DNA of 64,000 bases from Pyrinomonadaceae bacterium (GCA_046313635.1 JBKBYA010000004.1:169581-233580), one strand, 5' to 3'; positions 53,310 through 62,452 are shown, counted from the first letter of the stretch. A program made the numbers and translations. Notes: a model not told the origin generated them from the letters alone.

Positions 53310-55564
53310 TTTCGATAGAGCGACAGCAGGACCTTTTCGGGTGTGAGCGGCGCGTCGAAAGCGACAACCACCTCATCATTCGGCTCGAATGCTTTCATCG
53401 CATTCCTGATCGCAAAGTAGGCGCCGATGCCGTACATCAGCGGCGGTTCGCCGACGGCTTTTGAATTAAAGATCGCGAGGTTGTGACGGTCGGTCTCGAG
53501 CGGCAGCACGGCGATCTCTTTCGGGACGGAATAAATGTCCGGCACCTTGTAGGTCGAGAGCGCGTTCGAGCGAAGTCGGCCGTCGCTGTCGTACACGACC
53601 TCTTCCATCGTCATCCAGCCGATGCCCTGCACGATGCCGCCTTCGATCTGGCCGAGGTCGACCGCGGTGTTCATCGAAGTTCCGAAATCGTGACAGCACT
53701 TAACGTAGTCGATCTCATAACGGCCGCGGAGACAATCGACCGTGACGCCGACGATCGCCGTGCCGTAAACGTGGTAGGCGAACGGACGTCCTTTCGCCGT
53801 GCCCCAATCGAAATGAATTCCCGGCGTCGCGTAATGCGCGTGCTCGCTTAGGCTCACGCGCTGCAAGTGCGCCTCGTTGACGAGTTTGATCCAGTCAAAG
53901 TCGGTCGGCTCGCCGTCGCGAAGCACAAAGCCGTTGTTCAGAGTGACGGCTTCAGCCGTTTCCGCCTCGACGAGATCTTTTGCAACTTCTTTGAGTCTCT
54001 TTAGAATCTTCTCGCACGCCATCTGCGTCGCCTTGCCGTTGAGATCGGCCGCGGCTGACGCGGCGGTCGGCGAAGTGTTTGCGATGCGAAGCGTATTTGT
54101 CGTGTGAACTCTTACCCGCTCGATCGGCAGCGAAAAAACTTCCGCCGCGACCTGCGCGATCTTTGTGTTCACGCCTTGGCCCATCTCGACGGCGCCGGTC
54201 GAGACGGCGACGGTGCCGTCGGTGTAAACGTGCACGAGCGAGCGAGCCTGATTCATCGGCGTCTTTGTGAACGAGATGCCGAAGCAGACCGGCATCGTCG
54301 CGACGCCTTTTTTCAGGTATCGAGAGCCGGCGTTGAACTCGTCCGCCTCGCGCCGCAGCCGCTCAAAATCAAATTTTGCGTCGCCCTGCATCCATGTCGC
54401 GATCGCATCGCTCTCGGCGATCTGGCCGTAAGGGAATTCGTCGCCGTCTTTGATCAAATTTCGCTTTTGAATGTCGCTCGCGCGAACGCCTAGCTTCTCG
54501 GCCGCGTGGGCGATCGCCGACTCGATGACGAACATCCCCTGCGGCCCGCCGAATCCGCGAAAGGCCGTGTTCGGCGGCAGATTTGTGCGACAGCTGTAAG
54601 CGACGGCAGAGACGTTCGGGATGTAGTACGAGTTGGTGCAGTGAAAGAGCGTGCGTTCAAGAACGGGCGGCGAGAGGTCGGCCGACGCGCCGGCGTTTTG
54701 GTAAAAGGTCGCCTCGTACGCGACGATCTTTAGGTCGCGGTCGAGGCCGATCTTGTAGTCGGCCGAGTACGGATGACGCTTGCCGGTCATCCGCATATCT
54801 TCCATCCGGTGAAGCGCGTATTTGACCGGGCGGCCGGTGAGCTGAGCGGCGACCGCGCAGATGGCGGCCCACGCGTTTGCCTGATCTTCTTTGCCGCCGA
54901 ATCCGCCGCCGAGTCGCTGCACGTCGACCTCGACCGAGTGCATCGGCAGACCGGTGACGCGGCAGACGGCACGCTGCACCGCGGTCGGGCCTTGCGTCGA
55001 AGAGTAAATTTTCAATCCGCCGTTCTCGGTCGGCACTGCGTACGCGCCCTGCGTCTCGATGTAGAGATGCTCTTGCCCGTTGACGTCGGCGCGGCCCTCG
55101 AAGACGTGTTCGCAAGCGGCGAATGCTTGGTCTGTATCGCCGAGCTTGAAGCGTTTCGGCGGCACGATCAGATCGCCGTTTGCTGCGGCGACACGCGGGT
55201 CGGTCACGGGCTCGAGCGGCTCGATGTCGACAACGATCTTCTTTGCCGCCTTGCGGGCAAGCTCCTCGCTCGTCGCAACCACGATCGCGATCGGCTGGCC
55301 CCGGAAATGAACTTCACCCTCGGCCAGCAGCGGCTCGTCGGGAACGATGCCGCCGATCTGATTCTCACCGCGCAGGTCGCTCGCCGTGATCACGCGAACG
55401 ACGCCTTCCGCAGCTTCGGCCTCGCGCCTGTCGATCGAACGCAGCCGCCCGTGCGCGACCGGCGAATCAAAAACGCAGGCAAACAGCGTCCCTTGGACAA
55501 GCGGAATATCGTCGAGATAAACCGATTCGCCGCGGACGTGGGATTTGGAGTCGAGGTTTTTCAT
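53303..55564 (-). CDS. xdhB: Xanthine dehydrogenase molybdopterin-binding subunit
   Basis: QEHLYIE, RLGGGFGGKE, AFRGFGGPQG, EMGQG, SKAVGEPP. Confidence 0.95.
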   Translation of the reverse strand: MKNLDSKSHVRGESVYLDDIPLVQGTLFACVFDSPVAHGRLRSIDRREAEAAEGVVRVITASDLRGENQIGGIVPDEPLLAEGEVHFRGQPIAIVVATSEELARKAAKKIVVDIEPLEPVTDPRVAAANGDLIVPPKRFKLGDTDQAFAACEHVFEGRADVNGQEHLYIETQGAYAVPTENGGLKIYSSTQGPTAVQRAVCRVTGLPMHSVEVDVQRLGGGFGGKEDQANAWAAICAVAAQLTGRPVKYALHRMEDMRMTGKRHPYSADYKIGLDRDLKIVAYEATFYQNAGASADLSPPVLERTLFHCTNSYYIPNVSAVAYSCRTNLPPNTAFRGFGGPQGMFVIESAIAHAAEKLGVRASDIQKRNLIKDGDEFPYGQIAESDAIATWMQGDAKFDFERLRREADEFNAGSRYLKKGVATMPVCFGISFTKTPMNQARSLVHVYTDGTVAVSTGAVEMGQGVNTKIAQVAAEVFSLPIERVRVHTTNTLRIANTSPTAASAAADLNGKATQMACEKILKRLKEVAKDLVEAETAEAVTLNNGFVLRDGEPTDFDWIKLVNEAHLQRVSLSEHAHYATPGIHFDWGTAKGRPFAYHVYGTAIVGVTVDCLRGRYEIDYVKCCHDFGTSMNTAVDLGQIEGGIVQGIGWMTMEEVVYDSDGRLRSNALSTYKVPDIYSVPKEIAVLPLETDRHNLAIFNSKAVGEPPLMYGIGAYFAIRNAMKAFEPNDEVVVAFDAPLTPEKVLLSLYRNR

Positions 55565-57096
55565 ATCTCAAAAAGCTCGGCGAAGTGAGCGGTAAAGAGC
55601 TGTCGCAAAAGCAGCCGTTTGTATTCAGCCGAGCCGCGGACGTCCGAGATCGGCGAGATCTCTGTTTGAATGATCTCGTTCGCCTGCGAGATCGTTTCCG
55701 CCGTGACGGGTTTGCCGCGGAGGAAGGCGGACGTCTCCTTCAGATAGAGCGGTATCGGCGCGACGCCGCCGGCCGATACGTGGGCGAATTCGATTTCGGA
55801 TTTCGGATTTCGGATTTCGGATTCGTTGACTACTTTCATTACCAAGCTCATCGCCGTATTGACGCTGGCGATGTCGAGATACGTGCGTTTGCTGACCTTT
55901 TCGAAGTTGAAGCGAAAGTCGCCTGTCGGTTTGCGAAAGCGGATCGTGGTGATGATCTCGTCGTCGGTTTTGGCCAGCTGTTTGTAGCCGAGGTAGAGGT
56001 CTTTCAGTTTGAGTCGGCGTGTATCGCCCGCACTTGCGTGGCCGTTTGAAATATCGAGGCTTGCGGCACGCTCCCTTACGGTCGCGTTTCTGCCCGTAGA
56101 GAACGCCAGCTCGATTTCAGCGTCGAGAGCGAGGAACCACGCGGTCATGTCGCCGATCGGCGAGGCGTTGACGAAGTTGCCGGCGAGTGTCGCCATGTTG
56201 CGGATAGGCGTCGACGAGACGAGCTTGAGGTGTTTGTAGAGATCCGGAAAGATCGACTGCATCACGGGCGACTCGAGCAGGTCGGTGACGGTGACCGATG
56301 CGCCGAGCTCGATGTATTCGCCGGTGTCGATGATCGTTCGAAGCTCGTCATCATATAGCAGAGTCCTTGCTCCCCGTTCGGCCATTTCTTCGGGCCGCTG
56401 AACGTACAAGTCAGTGCCGCCGCCGGTCAGAACCGCCTGGGTCAACGGGCGGCCAGTTTGGTCGTCGACACTCGAGTTGAGCCCCATCAATCTGGCCGCG
56501 ATATCCGAGAAGTACTCGGGCACAAAGCGCACGTGCAGATCGTCTTTCTGGCCGCCCGCTGACGCAGGCGGTTCTGACAGAGCCTCGCTGATCCGACACG
56601 CCGCGCGTTCGATCGATTTGTAGCCGGTGCAGCGGCAGATGTTTCCGTCGATGGCGGAGACCGCGGCTTCGAGAGACGACGCTGAGCCCTTACTTACGTG
56701 CGGGCTGCTGACACTCGGGCTGCCGGCACTCTCGAGGCAATAGCCGGTCAGCGACATCACGAAGCCGACCGTGCAGAACCCGCACTGCGTTCCGCTCGCC
56801 TCGACCATTGCGGCCTGAACGGGCGTGAGCGAGCCGTCCTCGGGATTGATGCCTTCGACTGTGACGATGTGACGGCCTGCGGCGTTGGCGAGCGGCATCA
56901 GGCACGAGGTCATCGAGCGGTATCGAACGCCTTCGCCGACGAGCTCGCCGACCAGGATCGTGCAAGCTCCGCAGTCGCCCTCGCGGCAGCCGATCTTTGT
57001 GCCCTTGAGATTCTGGTGATAGCGAACAAAATCGAGCACCGTCGTTCCTGCGGGCAGATCGGTCGAGATCGTTTCGTTGTTGAGGATGAACTTCAT
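55561..57096 (-). CDS. xdhA: Xanthine dehydrogenase [2Fe-2S]/FAD subunit carrying in-frame repeat insertions
   Basis: GCREGDCGAC, QCGFC, GNICRCTGY, GGGTD, IRNMATLAGN...SPIGD, ISDVRGSAEY. Confidence 0.94.
   Translation of the reverse strand: MKFILNNETISTDLPAGTTVLDFVRYHQNLKGTKIGCREGDCGACTILVGELVGEGVRYRSMTSCLMPLANAAGRHIVTVEGINPEDGSLTPVQAAMVEASGTQCGFCTVGFVMSLTGYCLESAGSPSVSSPHVSKGSASSLEAAVSAIDGNICRCTGYKSIERAACRISEALSEPPASAGGQKDDLHVRFVPEYFSDIAARLMGLNSSVDDQTGRPLTQAVLTGGGTDLYVQRPEEMAERGARTLLYDDELRTIIDTGEYIELGASVTVTDLLESPVMQSIFPDLYKHLKLVSSTPIRNMATLAGNFVNASPIGDMTAWFLALDAEIELAFSTGRNATVRERAASLDISNGHASAGDTRRLKLKDLYLGYKQLAKTDDEIITTIRFRKPTGDFRFNFEKVSKRTYLDIASVNTAMSLVMKVVNESEIRNPKSEIEFAHVSAGGVAPIPLYLKETSAFLRGKPVTAETISQANEIIQTEISPISDVRGSAEYKRLLLRQLFTAHFAELFEI
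55792..55819. repeat. (GATTTCG)x4 heptamer array inside xdhA
   Basis: Encodes SEIRNPKSEI. Confidence 0.9.
56066..56094 (-). repeat. REP-like hairpin (family C) inside xdhA
   Basis: GGCAGAA-ACGC-GA-CC-GTAA-GG-GA-GCGT; encodes GRNATVRERA; single copy in window. Confidence 0.6.
56426..56578. repeat. Inverted pair of family A REP-like elements inside xdhA
   Basis: 56426-56454 vs reverse complement of 56550-56578: 27/29 identical by eye; encode GRPLTQAVLT and SEPPASAGG. Confidence 0.9.
56684..56714 (-). repeat. REP-like hairpin (family B) inside xdhA
   Basis: GTGTCAGC-AGCCC-GCAC-GTAA-GTAA-GGGCT; encodes SVSSPHVSKGS; single copy in window. Confidence 0.6.
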
Positions 57097-57097
57097 G

Positions 57098-57198
57098 GTC
57101 CGAGCCACCTGCGACAGCGGGTGGTTAAAGCAGAACAGCAACACTCGCGGTCGTTACCGACAGCGTTAAACCACCCGCTACCGCAGGTGGTTCCGACT
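57098..57198. repeat. Inverted pair of family A REP-like hairpins
   Basis: 57098-57129 and 57166-57198; the second overlaps the DMT stop. Confidence 0.87.
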
Positions 57199-57646
57199 AA
57201 AATCTGCGGATCAAAACCACGCCCGCGGTGATCAGCAAAATTCCGCCGATGCGGGCGAGGCTGACCTCTTTTACCGGCACGCCGAGAAAGCCGAAGTGAT
57301 CGATGACGATCGTCAAAAGCATCTGCCCGGCGATAGCAAGGCTGAACGTCATCGCGACGCCGAGGCGCGGCACGAGCACGATCGTCATCGTGACAAAGAA
57401 AGCGCCGAGCAGTCCGCCGGTCCATGCGATCGCAGGAGCGTTCTTTGCCGACACGAGATTGCCGAGCGGCACGCCGGCGATCAAAACGTAGATGAACAAT
57501 CCCAGCGTCCCGACCGCGAACGAGATCAATGCCGCGAGCAGAGGACTCTCGACAAAAACGGCGAGCCGATTGTTGATCGCCGCCTGCGTCGGCATCATCG
57601 CCCCGGCGGCGAGAGCGAGCAGCAGCAGAAAGTAGATGTTGGACAT
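57197..57646 (-). CDS. DMT family transporter (YdcZ/DUF606-like)
   Basis: QAAINNRL, GGLLGA, IAGQM, DHFG motifs; 5 TM segments. Confidence 0.9.
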   Translation of the reverse strand: MSNIYFLLLLALAAGAMMPTQAAINNRLAVFVESPLLAALISFAVGTLGLFIYVLIAGVPLGNLVSAKNAPAIAWTGGLLGAFFVTMTIVLVPRLGVAMTFSLAIAGQMLLTIVIDHFGFLGVPVKEVSLARIGGILLITAGVVLIRRF

Positions 57647-57653
57647 TGCGGTA

Positions 57654-57786
57654 GTAGACAGTAGTCGGTAGTCAGTAGACAGTAGTCGGCAGCCGGGTGT
57701 CAGAGTGACGAGAAAGTAACTCAGTTGTTCTAACATTGGTCGACGACGGCATTCAGACTGCTGACTACTGTCTACTGTCTACCGAC
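57654..57786. repeat. Inverted heptamer array (GTAGACA/GTAGTCG)x6 / (GTCTACT)x4
   Basis: Between the deaminase and DMT genes. Confidence 0.88.
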
Positions 57787-57794
57787 CAAACCCC

Positions 57795-58271
57795 TCAGTA
57801 TTCAACCTTATCCGACTTTTCGTTCCAGCGGGCAAAGACTTGAACGGCTTCTTCGCGGAGAAGGTTCGTCATCGGGCGGCGTCTCGCTTCGTTGGCGAGA
57901 GCGATCTCCTCGTAGATCATTTCGTCATCAAATCCGGCGTCGGCCGCGTCCTCGCGCGTGCCGGCAAAATAAACTGCCGACGGACGCGCCCAGTAGATCG
58001 CGCCGAGGCACATCGGGCACGGTTCGCATGAGGTGTAAACGGTGCAGCCGTCGAGCTGGAACGAGTTGAGGTTGCGGCACGCCTCGCGGATCGCAACGAC
58101 CTCCGCGTGCGCGGTCGGGTCGTTGGTCGACGTCACGCGGTTGCAGCCTTCGCCGACGATGCGGCCGTCTTTGACGATGACGCAGCCGAAGGGGCCGCCG
58201 TCGTTTCGGTCGACGCCCTCGAGCGCGAGCTCAAAGGCGCGGCGCATAAATGTCTCGTGCGTGTCGCTCAT
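57795..58271 (-). CDS. guaD: Guanine deaminase (cytidine-deaminase-fold GuaD type)
   Basis: GGPFG, HAE, SCEPCPMCLGAIYW, GFDD; xdh context. Confidence 0.85.
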   Translation of the reverse strand: MSDTHETFMRRAFELALEGVDRNDGGPFGCVIVKDGRIVGEGCNRVTSTNDPTAHAEVVAIREACRNLNSFQLDGCTVYTSCEPCPMCLGAIYWARPSAVYFAGTREDAADAGFDDEMIYEEIALANEARRRPMTNLLREEAVQVFARWNEKSDKVEY

Positions 58272-59168
58272 CTACTGCTTTGCCCTCAGCTTGATCTCGT
58301 AAAGTCGTTTCCAGTTTTTGCCGGTGACAAAAATGCGGTCGCTCGCCTCGTCGTAGGCGATGCCGTTAAGAGTGTTTTCGGCCTTTTCGCTCATCTTGTC
58401 GAGCGGGTCCTTTGGCTGGTCGTCGGGCGAAATGCCGGTCAGGTCGATCCAGCCGAGGAGCTTGCCCGACTGCGGATCGATGCGTGCGATGTGATTCGTC
58501 CTGCCGAGAACGTTCGGGTCCTCGGAGTGCCAGATGTTTGCCCAGATCTCGCCCTTCACCCACTCGAGCTCGTTGAGCTGCATCAGCGGCTTGCCGTCCT
58601 CGCGAAAGACGGGGAACGAGCGCACCTGCTTGAACGTGTTCGGGTCCATCACGCGGATGACGTGCGTGCCGTTGGTCATATAGAGATGCTGCCCGTCGGA
58701 GGTGATGCCCCAGCCCTCGCCCTGATAGTCAAACTCGCGGACCAGTTTTAGATCGTTCACGTCAAAGACGCGGCACAAACCCTGTCGCCACGTGAGCTGG
58801 TAGATCTGGCCGTTAAGCAGAGCTATGCCCTCGGCAAAATCCTCAGGCGGCAGCTCAAACTCTTTCAGCACCTTGCCCGTCTCGAGCTCGACCTTGCGCA
58901 GCGTCGATTCGCCGTACTCGCCCGTGCTCTCGACGAGGTAGCCGTCGTGAAAGACGAGGCCTTGAGTAAAAGCCTTTGGGTCGTGAGGATAGGATTTAAC
59001 GACCTCGTAGCCGTACGTCGGAACGGGGCCTGACTGCGGCTTGGCATTGGCGTTCGAATTCGCCGTTTTGGCGGCGTTGCCGTTTGAGCCGTTGTTTGCC
59101 GAGCCGCCGCACGCGGCCGCCGCCGCGGCGAGCAGGATGAAAAAGATAAAAAAGCGCATAGCTGTCAT
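58272..59168 (-). CDS. Glutaminyl-peptide cyclotransferase (plant/bacterial beta-propeller type), lipoprotein
   Basis: AFTQGL, ESTG, FAEG, QLTW, EGWG, LNELE, LNGIA, TGKNW; lipobox AAAC. Confidence 0.93.
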   Translation of the reverse strand: MTAMRFFIFFILLAAAAAACGGSANNGSNGNAAKTANSNANAKPQSGPVPTYGYEVVKSYPHDPKAFTQGLVFHDGYLVESTGEYGESTLRKVELETGKVLKEFELPPEDFAEGIALLNGQIYQLTWRQGLCRVFDVNDLKLVREFDYQGEGWGITSDGQHLYMTNGTHVIRVMDPNTFKQVRSFPVFREDGKPLMQLNELEWVKGEIWANIWHSEDPNVLGRTNHIARIDPQSGKLLGWIDLTGISPDDQPKDPLDKMSEKAENTLNGIAYDEASDRIFVTGKNWKRLYEIKLRAKQ

Positions 59169-59183
59169 CAAGTGCCGCGGGGC

Positions 59184-60581
59184 CTACCGAGTCGCCGCTG
59201 CGCGCGGCGCGGCGGGCTTTTGCGCGAGAGCGTCCTTTATCGCCTGGCGAAATGCTTCGGCCGAGAGCCGCCTCACCTTGACGCCGTTGACAAAGATCGT
59301 CGGCGTGCCGCCGACACCGTACGAGTCGCCGTCCGCGAGGTCTTTTCGTATCTCGTCGGCGTTGTTTTCGGCATTAAAGTCTATCTCAAACTTTTGGACA
59401 TTCAAACCAACTTCGGCCGCGTATCTCTTGAGCGAATCGAGGTCGAGCGCTTCCTGATTGCGGTAGAGGACGTCGATGAATTCAAAGTATTTTCCCTGTG
59501 CCCGAGCGGCGTTTGCGGCGCGTGCGGCGTTGAATGCGTCGGCGTGTATCGCCTCGAGCGGAAAGTCGCGCACGACGAGCTTTACCTTGCCCGGGAATTC
59601 GCCGATGACCTGCTTGAGCACCGGGTGCGTCCGCGCGCAGGTCGGGCACTGAAAGTCGCTGAACATCACCACCGTCACCGCCGCCGCGGCCGGGCCCGTC
59701 GCCGGATCGTCGTCGACCGAGATCGACTGCACGATCGGCGTCGGCGGCTTGAGCAGTATCTTTACGGGATACTTTGCAAAGAGCCGGCTGCGCAGCGCGG
59801 TCTCGAGATCGTACCGTTCGCGGTCTGTAAATTCGCGCTGCTTATCGGTGATCTCGCGGGCCATGTAATCGGTCGCGTCGATGCCCTGAAGCTTTGCCTC
59901 CTCGGCGACGAGCGCGGAGAGGATCGACGATTCGAGATCGGCGACGAGATCCTCGTAGATCTCGAATTCGGCGTCGTTGAGCTCGACCCGGTATTTACTC
60001 TCAAAGTCCTGCACTGTGATCGACCGTCCGCCGGCGGTCAGGAGCACATCGGCCGGCTTGAGCCCGGCAGCCTTGACGTCCTTGCCGAGCGCGAACTTGT
60101 ATCTCGATCTCAGTCCGTCGAGATAGTCGTTCACCGCCTTTTGCTCCGCATCGCGACGCAGGAACGCGACGACCTGCCGGCGGGCCTCGTCGGGCGAGAC
60201 CGCAGCGAGCTTGTCCTCGTTGGCGTCGAGCACGGCCTTGATGTCGGCCGCGGGCGGGTCGGCGACCTTGGCGCGCACGTCGGCGATGAGCCTGGACGGC
60301 GTTGTGCCTTTTGCAGACGATTCGAGCTCGAGCAGGAGGTCGCCGGCCATCTCTCCGAGGAGCGTAGTGCGGGCGTTTGCGATCACCGAATGCCGCTCTT
60401 CGTACAGCTTTTTCCCCTCGTCCGAGAGGCTGTCGGTCGTGAAGCTGAGCTTGCCGGCCGTCGCCAGTATGACGGCAGCGGCGGCGGGCTTGGGTGCGGG
60501 CTTTCGCGTCTGACCGCTCGCGTCGCCGCCGACGGCCGCGGCGACCAAGATCAGGCTCACTGATTTAAGAAGATTCTTCAT
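59184..60581 (-). CDS. Secreted DsbA/thioredoxin-domain protein
   Basis: Signal peptide; FSDFQCPTC, RDFPL, GTPTIFVNG. Confidence 0.9.
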   Translation of the reverse strand: MKNLLKSVSLILVAAAVGGDASGQTRKPAPKPAAAAVILATAGKLSFTTDSLSDEGKKLYEERHSVIANARTTLLGEMAGDLLLELESSAKGTTPSRLIADVRAKVADPPAADIKAVLDANEDKLAAVSPDEARRQVVAFLRRDAEQKAVNDYLDGLRSRYKFALGKDVKAAGLKPADVLLTAGGRSITVQDFESKYRVELNDAEFEIYEDLVADLESSILSALVAEEAKLQGIDATDYMAREITDKQREFTDRERYDLETALRSRLFAKYPVKILLKPPTPIVQSISVDDDPATGPAAAAVTVVMFSDFQCPTCARTHPVLKQVIGEFPGKVKLVVRDFPLEAIHADAFNAARAANAARAQGKYFEFIDVLYRNQEALDLDSLKRYAAEVGLNVQKFEIDFNAENNADEIRKDLADGDSYGVGGTPTIFVNGVKVRRLSAEAFRQAIKDALAQKPAAPRAAATR

Positions 60582-60717
60582 AGATCTGGGCTCGAGGCGT
60601 TTGATGCACTGAGATTTTAGCAGATTGGCGCCGCCGGCCGAGTCGCCGCAAGCCAAAAGAAACGAGCGGCTCCGCGAATGCGAAGCCGCCCGTCGTGGTG
60701 TACAAAAATTCTGGTCG

Positions 60718-61158
60718 CTAGGCCGTCCCGCTCCCGCTCGCTCGCGAGACCTCTTGCACGACCTCGGCGGTCTGCCGGTCTTTGGCGTGCATCGCGATGT
60801 CGGCCTGCGCCAAGATGCCGCACACGGCGCCGTTCTCGTCGACGACCGCGATGCGGCGGACCTGACCGTCCTCCATGAGGTCAAGACATTCGTCGAGGCT
60901 CGTGTCGGGCGTGACGGAGAGTACGGTCGACGTCATCGCGTCGGCGGCCGTCAGCTCGAGCGGGTTGCGTCCCTGGGCGACGACGCGGCAGGTGATGTCG
61001 CGGTCGGTGATCATGCCGACGGGCATCCTGGAATCTTCACTGTCGACCACCGGAATGCATCCGCAGTCGCAGTCGAGCATCATCTTGGCGACCTCCTGCA
61101 AACCCGTCGAAGGGGTACAGCAGGTCGGATCTTCGGTCATAATGTCGCGAACTTTCAT
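60718..61158 (-). CDS. CBS domain pair protein
   Basis: VRDIMT, GMITDRDI, VRRIAVVD; RBS aaaggagg. Confidence 0.92.
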   Translation of the reverse strand: MKVRDIMTEDPTCCTPSTGLQEVAKMMLDCDCGCIPVVDSEDSRMPVGMITDRDITCRVVAQGRNPLELTAADAMTSTVLSVTPDTSLDECLDLMEDGQVRRIAVVDENGAVCGILAQADIAMHAKDRQTAEVVQEVSRASGSGTA

Positions 61159-61182
61159 CAGGTATCCTCCTTTCACATAACG

Positions 61183-61650
61183 TTATTTCATCCAGCCGAA
61201 GACCGGTATCTCGGCCGTCGCCGGCGTGCCGAGGCCGAACGTCTCTGCGTAGGCGAAGCCGGCAGGTTCGGTCCCACCGACGAGCGCTCGCAGACGTTCC
61301 GGCTCGACGATGCCTGACAGTTTGCGGTCCTCGCCGGTGACGAGGATCGCGTCCGGATGCTTGCCTAGTACGTCGCGGCACGATGCGACCGGCGTCGTCT
61401 CGCAGACGCGCTTGACGTGACTGCTCATAACGCTGCCGGCGGCGAGAGACTTGGCGTTCTTTCCCCGGCGGATGACGTGCTCGCAGATGGTGTGCTCGCT
61501 GACGATCCCGATCGGGACGCGGTGCGAAGTGCTGTCGACGACCACGACAAAGCCGTGCTCGCACGCCTGTATCATCTCGTAGACGTCCTTGAGCGGCGTG
61601 TCCTCCGTGCATTCTCGAATGCAGGTGCTCATTATGTCTCTAACCAACAT
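61183..61650 (-). CDS. Divergent CBS domain protein
   Basis: VRDIMS, PIGIVSE, AGSVMS, LSGIV. Confidence 0.8.
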   Translation of the reverse strand: MLVRDIMSTCIRECTEDTPLKDVYEMIQACEHGFVVVVDSTSHRVPIGIVSEHTICEHVIRRGKNAKSLAAGSVMSSHVKRVCETTPVASCRDVLGKHPDAILVTGEDRKLSGIVEPERLRALVGGTEPAGFAYAETFGLGTPATAEIPVFGWMK

Positions 61651-61786
61651 TTAGTTAACCTCTCGTTATTTGATACACAGGCAGACGAGCGACTGTACTC
61701 ATTCCGACCAAACGGCATCGGATTTTCAATGACGGCGTTGGGGGAGCAATCGTTATTCCACGTAAGAGAAGACCGCTCGCTGACGA

Positions 61787-62413
61787 ATGGCTATGAGATT
61801 ACCGAGAGGATTTTATTTGCGAGACGACACGACCCGCGTTGCGCGCGACCTGTTGGGCAGGCTCCTGGTCGTGCCGGCCGCCGACGGCGCGCGTGTCTCG
61901 GGGATGATCGTCGAGACCGAAGCGTACCTCGGCCGTGAGGACAAGGCCGCGCACAGCTACGGCGGCCGCCGCACGGCCCGCACCGAGATCACGTACGCCG
62001 AGGGCGGCCGTGTTTACGTCTTTTTTGTTTACGGGATGTACCACCAGCTCAATATCGTCACCGGCCCGGCCGACCATCCGCACGTCGTCCTCATCCGCGC
62101 GGTCGAGCCGGTCGACGGCGTCGAGCTGATGCGCGAGCGCCGCGGAGCGAGGGTCAAGGATCGAGACCTCACATCCGGCCCGGGCAAGCTTTGCATCGCG
62201 CTCGGCATCGACAAGACCTTTTACGGCGAAGACCTCTTAGGCGACCGGATCTGGGTCGAGGAATATCGCAAGATAAGAATGGCCGAGGCAGCGTCTGGCC
62301 CGCGCGTCGGGATCGATTACGCTGAGGAGTTTGTCGACGTGCCGTGGAGGTTTTGGGTCAGAGGAAATGAATTTGTCAGCAGGAACGGCACGCGGAGACC
62401 GACGGACGAATAG
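61787..62413 (+). CDS. mpg: DNA-3-methyladenine glycosylase (AAG/MPG type)
   Basis: IVETEAY, YGMY, VLIRAVEP, SGPGKLC, PRVGI. Confidence 0.95.
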   Translation: MAMRLPRGFYLRDDTTRVARDLLGRLLVVPAADGARVSGMIVETEAYLGREDKAAHSYGGRRTARTEITYAEGGRVYVFFVYGMYHQLNIVTGPADHPHVVLIRAVEPVDGVELMRERRGARVKDRDLTSGPGKLCIALGIDKTFYGEDLLGDRIWVEEYRKIRMAEAASGPRVGIDYAEEFVDVPWRFWVRGNEFVSRNGTRRPTDE

Positions 62414-62452
62414 GCCGGAGGTCGAGAGGCGCTCTGTCGCCCGCTCGCGCGG

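Noticed and set aside
57097..57736. Extended N-termini of xdhA (57144) and the DMT gene (57736), and likewise phoU (51457)
   Set aside because: The extensions are translated REP or heptamer DNA; family homology starts at downstream ATGs.
61712..61730. CGGCATCGGATTTTCA as a sigma54 promoter for mpg
   Set aside because: Lacks the conserved GC at -12; too weak to call.
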